The notes under the pieces: generated by a model
Databases searched by the model: none
Told to the model about the DNA's origin: nothing
The model's input: the letters and a program-made list of their open reading frames with translations, nothing else
Translations under genes and position numbers: made by a program
DNA from: Candidatus Velthaea sp.
Lineage (GTDB): Bacteria > Vulcanimicrobiota > Vulcanimicrobiia > Vulcanimicrobiales > Vulcanimicrobiaceae
NCBI GenBank assembly: GCA_965214935.1
Contig: CBDCCS010000022.1
Coordinates: 96,001-160,000 of the forward strand
Length of the DNA stretch: 64,000 bases
Direction: 5' to 3'
Part shown: in pieces, positions 20,249 to 29,385 of the stretch
Numbering within the stretch: position 1 is the stretch's first letter
How the letters are laid out: each line of letters starts with the position of its first letter

Positions 20249-20922
20249 ACGTGCTCATCGTCGACGATGAACCGGAGATCGTCGCTATTTTGCGCGCGTA
20301 TCTGTGCGACGAGGGCTTCGGCGTATCGGTTGCGTACGACGGCGAAGAAGCGCTCCGGCTCGCACAGCACGAACGGCCCGATCTCGTCTTGCTCGACCTG
20401 TCGTTACCGCTTGTATCGGGACTCGAAGTATTTCGCGAACTACGACGCGACGGCGACATCCCGGTCATCATGGTCACCGCCCGCGTCGACGAAGTCGATC
20501 GGGTTGTCGGTTTAGAGCTCGGTGCGGACGATTACATCGGCAAGCCGTTTAGCTCGCGCGAAGTCGTCGCGCGGGTCAAAGCGGTGCTGCGCCGCACGAA
20601 CGGCCGGTCGCAGCGCTCGGGAATTTTGCGCTTCGGTGACATTGAATTCGACCGCATCGGACATGAAGTTCGCCGGGCGGGCGTTGCCGTCAACATCACA
20701 CCTATGGAGTTCCGCATTCTCGAAACGCTCGTGGCGCACGCCGGCCGGGCGTTCACGCGCACGCAACTGCTCGATGCGCTCAGCGACGATGAACTCGACG
20801 TATTCGATCGAACGCTCGACCGTCATATTGCAAACATCCGGCAAAAGCTCGAGCCCGATCCCACGCATCCGCTCTATGTCGTAACAGTCTTCGGCGTCGG
20901 TTATAAGTTTGTCGGTAACTGA
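20245..20922 (+). CDS. OmpR/PhoB-family response regulator
   Basis: GTG 20245 overlapping the SCO stop; VDDE, LLDLSLP, GADDYIGKPF, winged helix ending TVFGVGYKF. Confidence 0.93.
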   Translation: MNVLIVDDEPEIVAILRAYLCDEGFGVSVAYDGEEALRLAQHERPDLVLLDLSLPLVSGLEVFRELRRDGDIPVIMVTARVDEVDRVVGLELGADDYIGKPFSSREVVARVKAVLRRTNGRSQRSGILRFGDIEFDRIGHEVRRAGVAVNITPMEFRILETLVAHAGRAFTRTQLLDALSDDELDVFDRTLDRHIANIRQKLEPDPTHPLYVVTVFGVGYKFVGN

Positions 20923-21194
20923 TGCGCTCGACCATTCATGAGATGCGCAATCAACTGACGGTCGCCGTTGCGAACATCGAAGCGTTCTTGGACGGCAAGC
21001 TTTCGCCGACACCTGCACGCCTGAGCGCCGTACTGCTGGCGCTACGTGAACTCGACGTCTTATTCGATCGACTGCGTACGGCGGACATGCAGCCCGGAAC
21101 AGCGGTCGATCGCCCACGCGGAGTTCGTGGGGTCGCAACCGACGTTCGTCCGGCCGGAACCACCGCAGCTAATGATCCAAGCGGCGTCATGTAA
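20922..21194 (+). CDS. Stand-alone HisKA/DHp peptide (no ATPase, no sensor)
   Basis: HEMRNQL H-box; aligns with the N-terminus of the kinase at 24056-24823; TGATG coupling to the regulator. Confidence 0.7.
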   Translation: MRSTIHEMRNQLTVAVANIEAFLDGKLSPTPARLSAVLLALRELDVLFDRLRTADMQPGTAVDRPRGVRGVATDVRPAGTTAANDPSGVM

Positions 21195-21238
21195 GGCCCG
21201 CTTCCTATCATCGCTCCGGCGAATCGATGCGGCGCGCC

Positions 21239-21254
21239 TTCACCGCTTCTTCAC
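21239..21254. promoter_or_regulatory. TTCAC-N6-TTCAC direct repeat
   Basis: TTCAC at 21239 and 21250, upstream of the 21380-ackA genes. Confidence 0.55.
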
Positions 21255-21379
21255 CACCGGGTGATCCCGGCGTATTACCGTGTGAGGGTAACGCTATACG
21301 CGTCCATGTCGCAAAGCGAAGAACGGGCAGCGCCGTGCGGTGACCGAGAAATTTGCGTACGCGCCTTTAGGAGAAATGT

Positions 21380-21895
21380 ATGAGCAGCCTTGTCGAACGT
21401 GCGATCGTTCACTGCAGCGTCAATCAAGCTTCGTTGCACCTTGCCCGGTATTTTCGTGCGCGCGGCAACAGCGACGGCGATATAGCGCGGCTCAATCTGC
21501 GCGCCGACGTGCAGGTGCCCGGCAGCAATACGTTTCGGCTCGAGCGGACGGCAATCGCCACGCTGACTCCGCTGCACGCGCGGGGCGAGATGCTGCCGCA
21601 TTATGCCGTCAACTGGACGCCCGAACGAAGCGGTCCGTATCCGACCTTCAACGGCGATCTAGCCATTGAAAACGCGGATGATTACCATTCGTTTTATTTG
21701 GTCCTCAAGGGAACGTACGAACCGCCGTTGGGCGTTCTGGGTGCGGCCTTCGACGCCGTCGTCGGACATCGAATCGCGGAACTCACGGCGCGTAATTTGC
21801 TCGCGACCATTGCCGACTCGATTGAGGCCGACTTCACGGTAGTCGAGACGTCCAAAGCACAAGCACGTGCTAAAGCCGCGACGACGGCGCACTAA
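21380..21895 (+). CDS. Uncharacterised protein, SRPBCC/START-like family copy 2
   Basis: RBS AGGAG; YPTFNG.L ... YEPPLGVLGAAFDAVVGHRIA. Confidence 0.8.
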   Translation: MSSLVERAIVHCSVNQASLHLARYFRARGNSDGDIARLNLRADVQVPGSNTFRLERTAIATLTPLHARGEMLPHYAVNWTPERSGPYPTFNGDLAIENADDYHSFYLVLKGTYEPPLGVLGAAFDAVVGHRIAELTARNLLATIADSIEADFTVVETSKAQARAKAATTAH

Positions 21896-21922
21896 CGGTG
21901 ACCGGCGCACGCCGTTAAGGGC

Positions 21923-23101
21923 GTGAACATATTCGTGCTCAATGCCGGTTCGAGTAGCGTCAAAACCGCCTACTTCGAGCGGCCGGCTGCGCCGGCGTCC
22001 GAACCGGTCTGGTCCGCGGAGGTGCACTGGTCCGCGCTACCGTCGCGCGCAACGCTCGCGTGGACGTCGACCGTTTACGGCAGCGGACGGCGCGAGGTCG
22101 ACGTCGATGCGCACGGCAGTGCCGCTGCCGCAATCTTAACGGCCGCCGTCGATTCGGCCCACATCCAACCGGAGGCCTTCGGTCACCGGGTCGTTCATGG
22201 TTTGACCGAGTCGCGCTGCACGCTCATCGATGCACGGGTGCGTACGTTGATCGAAACGGCGGCCGAGCTCGCGCCGCTGCACAACCGAGCGGCGCTCGCG
22301 GGCATCGACGCGGTCGCAGCCGCGTTCCCCGGCGTGCCGCAGGCGGTGGTGTTCGATACGGCTTTCCATACAACGCTCGCGCCGGCAGCCGCCGCGTACG
22401 CGCTGCCGTACGATTGGTTTGCAACCCGCGGCTTGCGCAAATACGGCTTTCACGGAATCAGCCATGGTTACTGCGCACAGCGCACGGCCGAAGTTCTCAA
22501 CATCGAACCGGCACGGCTGCGCATGGTCAGTGCGCATCTCGGCAACGGCTGTTCGCTCGCCGCGATCGCCGGCGGGAAGAGCGTCGACACGACGATGGGC
22601 TTTACGCCGCTCGACGGCTTGATGATGGGCTCGCGCTGCGGCAGCGTCGACCCCGGTCTCGTGCTGCATTTGCTGCAAACCAACGCCTATACCGTCGCCG
22701 GCCTCGACCGCATCTTGAACGCCGAATCGGGCCTGGCCGGTGTCTCGCAGGTGTCCGAAGATCTACGCGCGGTCATTGCTGCAGCCGAAGCAGGCTCGGC
22801 GCAAGCACAGCTCGCGCTCGACATGTACGTTCGGCGCTTGAGCTCAGGCATCGCTGCAATGGCGACGGCGACGGGCGGGATCGATGCACTTGCCTTTACC
22901 GGCGGGGTCGGTCAGCACAGTGCGTACGTGCGCGACCGCGTCGGTGCGCAGCTCGCATTTTTGGGTGTTGCAATTGCAGACGGCACGAACGAAGGCGCTG
23001 ACCGCGAGATTAGCGCAGCGGACGCCGCTGTCCGCGTTGCCGTAATCGCCGCGCGCGAAGAATACGCTATCGCGCGCGATGTTGCCGCACTCATCGCATG
23101 A
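21923..23101 (+). CDS. ackA: Acetate/propionate kinase
   Basis: NAGSSSVK, GHRVVHG, APLHN, FDTAFH, YGFHGISH, HLGNGCS, TMGFTPLDGL, FTGGVG. Confidence 0.95.
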   Translation: MNIFVLNAGSSSVKTAYFERPAAPASEPVWSAEVHWSALPSRATLAWTSTVYGSGRREVDVDAHGSAAAAILTAAVDSAHIQPEAFGHRVVHGLTESRCTLIDARVRTLIETAAELAPLHNRAALAGIDAVAAAFPGVPQAVVFDTAFHTTLAPAAAAYALPYDWFATRGLRKYGFHGISHGYCAQRTAEVLNIEPARLRMVSAHLGNGCSLAAIAGGKSVDTTMGFTPLDGLMMGSRCGSVDPGLVLHLLQTNAYTVAGLDRILNAESGLAGVSQVSEDLRAVIAAAEAGSAQAQLALDMYVRRLSSGIAAMATATGGIDALAFTGGVGQHSAYVRDRVGAQLAFLGVAIADGTNEGADREISAADAAVRVAVIAAREEYAIARDVAALIA

Positions 23102-23103
23102 AC

Positions 23104-23130
23104 TTCACCGCCGGTTCACACCCGCTTCGC
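23104..23130. promoter_or_regulatory. TTCAC-N6 triple repeat upstream of usp
   Basis: TTCAC 23104, TTCAC 23115, TTCGC 23126; 11-bp period. Confidence 0.6.
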
Positions 23131-23163
23131 AGTCCGCTCAACGGCCTCTGCTAAACTGCAGAT

Positions 23164-24120
23164 ATGAAGAGCTTTGCCCGTTTGATTCTACCGGTCGACG
23201 GATCCGCAGCTTCGAATCGCAGCTTGATGTATGCCGCGCAGATCGCGGTTCGCGAACATGCCGTTGTCGACGTGTGCTCGGTCGTCGATGAAGCAACAAT
23301 CATGTTGCCTGTCGCCGAAGGCGTCTTGGTCAATCCGGCCTTGCTCGACGCGATTGAATCAGCCGCCGGCGGCCATGTTGCAGATGCCGTTCGCCGGCTG
23401 GAGGCGTTGGGCGTTCAAGCCGCCGGCGCTCCGGTTTTGAACGGTAGTCCGAGCGTCCAAATCGACGCGTTTGCACGCCGCAAAGACGCGGACGCGATCT
23501 TTATCGGTACGAACGGCCGAAACGGTATGGAGCGCATGCTGCTAGGCAGCGTCACGACCGCGTTGCTCTGTGTCACGGACATTCCGGTCGTTACCGTGCA
23601 CGCCGATGATTCCGTCCACTCCGGACCGATGCTCGTCGCCATTGATGCATCCGCGGCGTCCGCGGCGGCTCTCGACTGCGCGATCGAGCAGGCACGAGCT
23701 GCGGGAACGGCCCTGCAACTCGTCCATGTCTTCGAGGACAGCCAGGTCGACCGGTTGGGTACGGCGCTCGGCTTGCGAACGGGCGACGCGCGGCGTCACG
23801 CTCTTACCGCTGCTGAAACCGTCCTTGAAACAGCCGCCGAGCGCGTGCGCGACGCCGGTATCACCTTTACGAGCGAACTCGTTGCCGGTGCCGCTCTGAC
23901 AGCGCTATTGACCGCAGTCGAGCGGCACGGTGCCGGCAGCATTGCCATCGGCACGCATGGACGCAATGCGCTCGAACGCCTCGCGCTCGGCAGCGTCTCC
24001 GATGGGGTCGTTCGCAATGCCCGCGTTCCGGTGTACGTGGTGCCGCAACGGCGGATTACAGCGCGCGGACCGCATCCCGTTGCAAACGTTCCCGGGTTGC
24101 GCGAAGTGGCAGCGTTCTAG
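23164..24120 (+). CDS. Universal stress protein (tandem USP domains)
   Basis: Two domains, each with (P/A)(V/I)D.S and GT.GR...ER..LGSV. Confidence 0.92.
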   Translation: MKSFARLILPVDGSAASNRSLMYAAQIAVREHAVVDVCSVVDEATIMLPVAEGVLVNPALLDAIESAAGGHVADAVRRLEALGVQAAGAPVLNGSPSVQIDAFARRKDADAIFIGTNGRNGMERMLLGSVTTALLCVTDIPVVTVHADDSVHSGPMLVAIDASAASAAALDCAIEQARAAGTALQLVHVFEDSQVDRLGTALGLRTGDARRHALTAAETVLETAAERVRDAGITFTSELVAGAALTALLTAVERHGAGSIAIGTHGRNALERLALGSVSDGVVRNARVPVYVVPQRRITARGPHPVANVPGLREVAAF

Positions 24121-24823
24121 GCGCACGCGAGCGCGGAAGCGTGCGGCGCCGGCGCGGTTCGCTTTGCATCGCAAGTGTTTGACCCGGAAGCGTCACGGTG
24201 AAAACCGCGCCGCCCAAGGGCGCGTCGGAAACGGCGATCGAGCCGCCATGCCGCGCGACGAACTGCTGCGTTAACGCAAGTCCGATGCCGCTTTGGGTTG
24301 CACGCGACGGCGTTTGTGTCGTACGCGGCTCAAGCAACCGTGCGCGCAGCGCCTGCTCGAGTCCCGGACCTTCGTCGCTGATTCGTACCCGAACGTGCGT
24401 CGCGTCGCGAACGCAGTCGACGTGCACTTCGCCGCCGGCGGGCGTCGAGCGAATGGCGTTGATGAGAATATTCGTAACGATCTCGGCAATGCGAGCCGGG
24501 TCGCCGACAAACGCCGGCAGGCCGCTATGCACTTCGTCGCAGATGTGCATCGTCAACAAGACGCCGCACTCCGCTGCAAAGCCTTCCATTGCAACAACAT
24601 GCGTTGCAACAAGGCGGCAGACATCGATTGAAACGGCGAGCGTTTTAAAGCGAACGACGCGATCGCTCGGGAGGTCGTCGATAATGCGGTCGACGGCGTG
24701 CAGTGCTGCAAACAGCGCTTCCAAGCGCGTATCGCTCGGTTCGAGTTTCCGATCGAGAAACGCTTCGATCCCCGCCATTGCGACGGCTAGATGGTTACGC
24801 ATTTCGTGAATCGCGGTTCGCAT
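24056..24823 (-). CDS. Sensorless histidine kinase (HisKA + HATPase_c)
   Basis: HEMRNHL at residue 6; N-box NILINAI, G1 DEGPG, G2 GIGLAL..FVARHGG; no TM or sensor domain. Confidence 0.85.
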   Translation of the reverse strand: MRTAIHEMRNHLAVAMAGIEAFLDRKLEPSDTRLEALFAALHAVDRIIDDLPSDRVVRFKTLAVSIDVCRLVATHVVAMEGFAAECGVLLTMHICDEVHSGLPAFVGDPARIAEIVTNILINAIRSTPAGGEVHVDCVRDATHVRVRISDEGPGLEQALRARLLEPRTTQTPSRATQSGIGLALTQQFVARHGGSIAVSDAPLGGAVFTVTLPGQTLAMQSEPRRRRTLPRSRAPRTLPLRATRERLQRDAVRAL

Positions 24824-25050
24824 CGTCGGCTCCGATCGCGTTCTGGGCCGGTCGCTCGTGCGCGTTGCTCGCGTTCCATAAAAGGAGTCCGCGATTGGTG
24901 CAGATCTCGCCAAGCGTCCATGACCGAGCGTAGCAGCGGAACGTCGAGCCGGCCATCGTTAAAAGCGCGATAGACAGCCGAACGTCTCGCTCGCGACTCG
25001 CGGCTTGCCTCTGGTCGCTGTTCGTTGGCCGTTCGATCAGTGTTTTCCAC
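24787..25050 (-). CDS. Small hypothetical protein overlapping the kinase start
   Basis: 87-aa ORF filling the gap, co-oriented with the kinase; no recognisable motif. Confidence 0.3.
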   Translation of the reverse strand: MENTDRTANEQRPEASRESRARRSAVYRAFNDGRLDVPLLRSVMDAWRDLHQSRTPFMEREQRARATGPERDRSRRCEPRFTKCVTI

Positions 25051-25154
25051 GATACCGGCACGCGCGCCGCCGGACTATACTCGTCTATACGTCGATTCGG
25101 ATAGCGCGAGCCGTTGAGCGCTTACGCCGTCGTGCGTTCAGAAAAGGTCGTTAT

Positions 25155-25964
25155 ATGTTCGGATTCGTCGGCCCATTCATTCTTTTCATGATCGTTGCGA
25201 CGGTTCTGAGCGCATCGGTCAAAGTGCTGCGCGAGTACGAGCGCGCCGTCGTCTTTCAACTCGGACGCTTTACTCGCGTGAAAGGGCCGGGTCTTGTATT
25301 CCTCATTCCACTCGTTCAGCAAATCGTTCGCGTCGATCTGCGCACGGTGGTCATGGAAGTACCGAGCCAAGATCTCATCTCGCGCGACAACGTCTCGGTC
25401 AAGGTCGATGCCGTGCTCTACTTTCATGTGGTCGATCCGGCGAAATCCGTCATTCAAGTCGAACAATTCGTTGCCGCGACCAATCTGCTGGCACAAACGA
25501 CATTGCGCTCCGTCCTCGGGCAGCACGATTTGGACGAAATGCTGTCGGAACGAGCGAAGCTCAACGCGGACGTCAAAGAGATTCTCGACGCCCGGACGGA
25601 AGCGTGGGGGATCGAAGTAACCGCCGTCGAGATCCGCGACGTTGCGCTTACCGAAAACATGGTTAAAGCGATCGCAAAGCAAGCCGAAGCCGAACGCGAC
25701 CGGCGGGCGAAAGTCATTCATGCTGAAGCGGAATTCCAAGCCGCGCAAGTCCTTACGAATGCAGCGGCAATTCTCGCGTCGGTTCCGGCCGCGATGCAAC
25801 TGCGTTACTTACAGACGTTGACCGAAGTCGGGGGTGAAAGTAATTCGACGATCATCTTCCCGATGCCGATCGACCTTATTAAACCGTTTCTCGATATATT
25901 CGAAAAGCGAGCGACGCCACCAACAGCTGCGGTCGCGAACGGAATCAAGCTGCCGGCGCTATAA
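25155..25964 (+). CDS. SPFH/band-7 (stomatin/slipin) protein
   Basis: EYERAVVF.LGR, VDLRT, AQTTLRSVLG, QAEAERDRRAK, QLRYLQTL. Confidence 0.93.
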   Translation: MFGFVGPFILFMIVATVLSASVKVLREYERAVVFQLGRFTRVKGPGLVFLIPLVQQIVRVDLRTVVMEVPSQDLISRDNVSVKVDAVLYFHVVDPAKSVIQVEQFVAATNLLAQTTLRSVLGQHDLDEMLSERAKLNADVKEILDARTEAWGIEVTAVEIRDVALTENMVKAIAKQAEAERDRRAKVIHAEAEFQAAQVLTNAAAILASVPAAMQLRYLQTLTEVGGESNSTIIFPMPIDLIKPFLDIFEKRATPPTAAVANGIKLPAL

Positions 25965-25995
25965 CCGGCACATGGGTCCATCCTAACGGCAGCCT

Positions 25996-26547
25996 TTACT
26001 TACTACTTGTCGCCGCCGCGATGCTTGACGCACGAACGCGCGGCTGGCCCTCACTCACGCGAAGCGCATTGGCAAACGTGCGTTCCTGGACTTCAATTTC
26101 CCCAATGATTTGCTCGAGCAACACGTGACCGGTGACCCGCGCAAAATAGCGGCCGACGATCCGATCGAAAAGAGCGCCGGTCAGTCCGAACGGCGGCGTG
26201 TAGCCGTACTGCAACACGATTTCGGTCAAGCCGTCGCCGGCAATCCGAAAACTGAGTATGCCGTGCAGATTCGGCAAGTAGCGTGCGCCGGCTTCCCAGT
26301 GAAACGACAACGCCTCGTGTGCCCGGCTCCGGTCATCGTTGTCTTCAGTCATATGAAAGCTGAGTGCGACTCGGCGCTGCAAGCCGCCGCGGATCGGCAG
26401 ACCGAAAGCGCGATACGGAAACATGACGAACGCTTCGTTCGCCGTACCGTTGAAACGCTTGAGATATCCGGCGGCATGTTCGAGTGCGATCGAGTACGGA
26501 CAGTGGGCGATACCGGAGGTGGCAAACATCGGCGTAGAGTTCGACAT
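25996..26547 (-). CDS. Uncharacterised protein, SRPBCC/START-like family copy 3
   Basis: LPNLHG.L ... YTPPFGLTGALFDRIVGRYFA..T; alternative GTG start at 26565. Confidence 0.75.
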   Translation of the reverse strand: MSNSTPMFATSGIAHCPYSIALEHAAGYLKRFNGTANEAFVMFPYRAFGLPIRGGLQRRVALSFHMTEDNDDRSRAHEALSFHWEAGARYLPNLHGILSFRIAGDGLTEIVLQYGYTPPFGLTGALFDRIVGRYFARVTGHVLLEQIIGEIEVQERTFANALRVSEGQPRVRASSIAAATSSK

Positions 26548-27213
26548 TTCGACCTGCTTTCTCACATCGAACGGCGCGCCAACGTCGCGATATTAAAATA
26601 TTTAATTTCCTGGCCGGACGACGCGATAACGCGCTCACATCATCCCAACGCACGCGTGTAAGGATTCCCAATGCTCCATTCGCTCACCTCTGCGGTGCGC
26701 AAAATGCAGGAACATATCATCGCCGGCTTGCGTACGACGTCTAATTACCGCTTGAGTCGCGTTGCGAGACGTTATACAGCGACGTGATTACATCGGCATG
26801 CTGCACCGAAAAGCTGGCGCTTCTCGAACGCATGCCGACGGCCGCAGGCGCAGCATGTTCGCCGATCAACTCAAGTACGGCTTTTCGCCACATCATTGAA
26901 GCACATTTGCGGCGACCGCGACCTCATTGAGTTCTGTCGAGCGCGCACTATGGGTCGGTTGCGCGCGGAGCGATGCTGTACGAATGGCCTTTACTTCGCA
27001 ACTTTATAAGCGTAGAGTACGAAGGTGCACAACGAAATTGTGTAACGGCCGGCCGACTTAGCAACTGCAAGATCCACATGAACATTTTCCGGCATGCCGA
27101 GTCACGTGTGCATGGTTTTTTTGTCGTCAATCCCACTTTTCCACGATATCAGACCGGCCGGCCTCCGGCTACAGTGTTTGCATGTACAGGGTGGCGAATT
27201 GCTCCGGAGCCGC

Positions 27214-27756
27214 ATGACGAGCGATGTCAGCGGACGGCTTGATGTGCTTTGCCCCGACCGTGAGGCGATGCGGCACCTGACATTCTTCTTGGAGCAGCAC
27301 GTGCTCGCTTCGGGTGCTGTTGCGTTGACACTCCGGCTTCCCGGCAAGCTGTTCACGACACGCCGCATGCCGCTCGAACGCCGATTTTATGCGACGCTCT
27401 CGACGCTGCGATCGGCGAGCGATCCGGGTCAAATGTATTCGGTTAAACTAGCGCATACATCGATGTCGTCGCCGTATGTTTCGGGCACGCTCGCAATCAG
27501 GGCAAGTCATGCCGACGATTGCCTCGGGTTAATTTTGGCCGGTCGTCACGAACCACAATCCGATGTTGTCGATAGCCCGTTCGATTCTACGGAAGGACAT
27601 CGAATCGCTCAGGCATCGGTGTTGGCTCTGCTGCGCTCGATCGCTACACCCATCGAAGTCGCAAGCGCCCGAAACGAAGCCGCGCATGCCGGTAAGCATG
27701 CGATACGCTTACAAAGCGTCGGCACCAATCTTACTATAGCAACAGCGATGACGTAG
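27214..27756 (+). CDS. Diverged SRPBCC/START-like family copy 4 (possibly decaying)
   Basis: Colinear with copy 2 (C...A..HL, LER...ATL, G.LAI, FD...GHRIA) but PP.G..G motif lost. Confidence 0.6.
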   Translation: MTSDVSGRLDVLCPDREAMRHLTFFLEQHVLASGAVALTLRLPGKLFTTRRMPLERRFYATLSTLRSASDPGQMYSVKLAHTSMSSPYVSGTLAIRASHADDCLGLILAGRHEPQSDVVDSPFDSTEGHRIAQASVLALLRSIATPIEVASARNEAAHAGKHAIRLQSVGTNLTIATAMT

Positions 27757-28133
27757 CCGCTGCGTGGAATGCTGACAAGTCACGCGTATTGTAAGTCGTC
27801 GATTCTTGCAAACGCCTTTCGTAGATCTCGCCATCACAGACATGTAGCGAAGTTGCGAATGTTCGGCAACGGCTTGTTGGAACGCACTTCGCCAAATGAA
27901 AAACCAACTTGGCGGTCAGGTGGCATGTGCACCAGCGGAAACCCGATCGGGTAGTGCGGCTCGAGGGCGAACGCAAGCGCAGGCGCCTCGCGCTCCGGAA
28001 GTTGCCGCACTACGAATGAACCTTCAGGTGTTTCCGAGCCGGTATTGTTGCCGACTATGCCCTTTACCTCAGGTTGATAGGATGGGCCACCGATAGCGTA
28101 TGGTAAGAGAGGGCTTGGAGCGGCGACAGGACG

Positions 28134-29348
28134 ATGAAATTCAATACGCAACTTGCGAGTCGGCTAGCGTCGGCGGTCCTTGCCCTCGTCTTTGTCGCGC
28201 TCGTCATCTTTACAATCCTCGGCTTTGCCACGATCGGCGTTGCTACCCGGCAAACGCAAACGGCGGTCGCGCTCAGCGAGCGCTATGCGTTCGTGGAACG
28301 TCAATTATGGAAAGAAGCGTCGCTCGTACGCGTCCACGGCGTTGACTGGCAAAATGCGGACTGGTATGCGAACCTCTACGCCGAACGGGCCGCCGCCGAT
28401 GCGATTGAATCGACACTGACCGAAATTGCCGATCATGGCGGCAACACGGATCGTCTACTGGCAGCAAAGACACTTGCAATTCATACGAGCTATGTCGATT
28501 TGCTGCGACAGCTCTTCGCTGAGGTCGACGAACACGCACCTCAAGCGAATACCACATTCGAGCGCTCGACGCGTATGTTCGACATAATGGAAAGCCGTAT
28601 CGATCGGCGTGCGTCGGAACAGCATGCAATCGCAACGGCGGCACTCGTTCGCTTGAACGATACGCAAACACGGATATCTCAGCTCTGTCTCCTTGCGGCC
28701 GTCCTGGGTGCAGCCGTAGTTGCACTTTCCGTTTGGATCATCTTGCGGTATCGCCGTGCAATGGAATGCTCGCGCCTCGCCGAGTTGGCACGGCTTGCCG
28801 AAGCTTCGTTAACCGATACGCTGACAAAACTGGGGAATCATCGTGCGTATCAGGACGATCTTGAGCGCGAGCTTGCGCGAAGTGAACGCCATGGTGGAAC
28901 GGTTTCGTTGGCACTTATCGATATCGATAATTTCAAGAACGTTAATGATACAAAGGGGCACATCGAAGGCGATCGGGTCTTAGCGACCGTCGGGACATTA
29001 CTTCTCGGATTGCGGAAATCGGACCGCAGCTTTCGCTTAGGTGGCGATGAGTTCGCCGTCGTACTCTCAAACACGAAGTCAGCCGACGCACACGCGACGA
29101 TGGATCGTTTACGGCGCGACGTTTCGACGGCGCTCGCTGGTATCACGATCAGCGTCGGTATCTCATCGACGAACGCACATGATCTCGACGGCGTGACGCT
29201 GCGCGAGTATGCCGATGCTGCGCTGTATGCCGCGAAGAGCCACGGACGAAATACTGTCCTAACGTATGCCGAATCGCAGATTAGGTCGATCGTCCTTCCA
29301 ACCGGGAAAGATCGCGCGATACATTCTCTGGTCGCCGAGGAAGTCTAG
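28134..29348 (+). CDS. Membrane-bound diguanylate cyclase (GGDEF)
   Basis: Two TMs with an extracytoplasmic helical domain; D.LT.L.N, DIDNFKNVND..GH..GD, RLGGDEF. Confidence 0.92.
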   Translation: MKFNTQLASRLASAVLALVFVALVIFTILGFATIGVATRQTQTAVALSERYAFVERQLWKEASLVRVHGVDWQNADWYANLYAERAAADAIESTLTEIADHGGNTDRLLAAKTLAIHTSYVDLLRQLFAEVDEHAPQANTTFERSTRMFDIMESRIDRRASEQHAIATAALVRLNDTQTRISQLCLLAAVLGAAVVALSVWIILRYRRAMECSRLAELARLAEASLTDTLTKLGNHRAYQDDLERELARSERHGGTVSLALIDIDNFKNVNDTKGHIEGDRVLATVGTLLLGLRKSDRSFRLGGDEFAVVLSNTKSADAHATMDRLRRDVSTALAGITISVGISSTNAHDLDGVTLREYADAALYAAKSHGRNTVLTYAESQIRSIVLPTGKDRAIHSLVAEEV

Positions 29349-29385
29349 CCATCCGAGGTCCGTGTTCGGCGGCACGTTCAGCGCG

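Noticed and set aside
27850..28130. Possible c-di-GMP riboswitch upstream of the GGDEF gene
   Set aside because: Lacks the ordered class I or class II consensus; only a generic inverted repeat is present.
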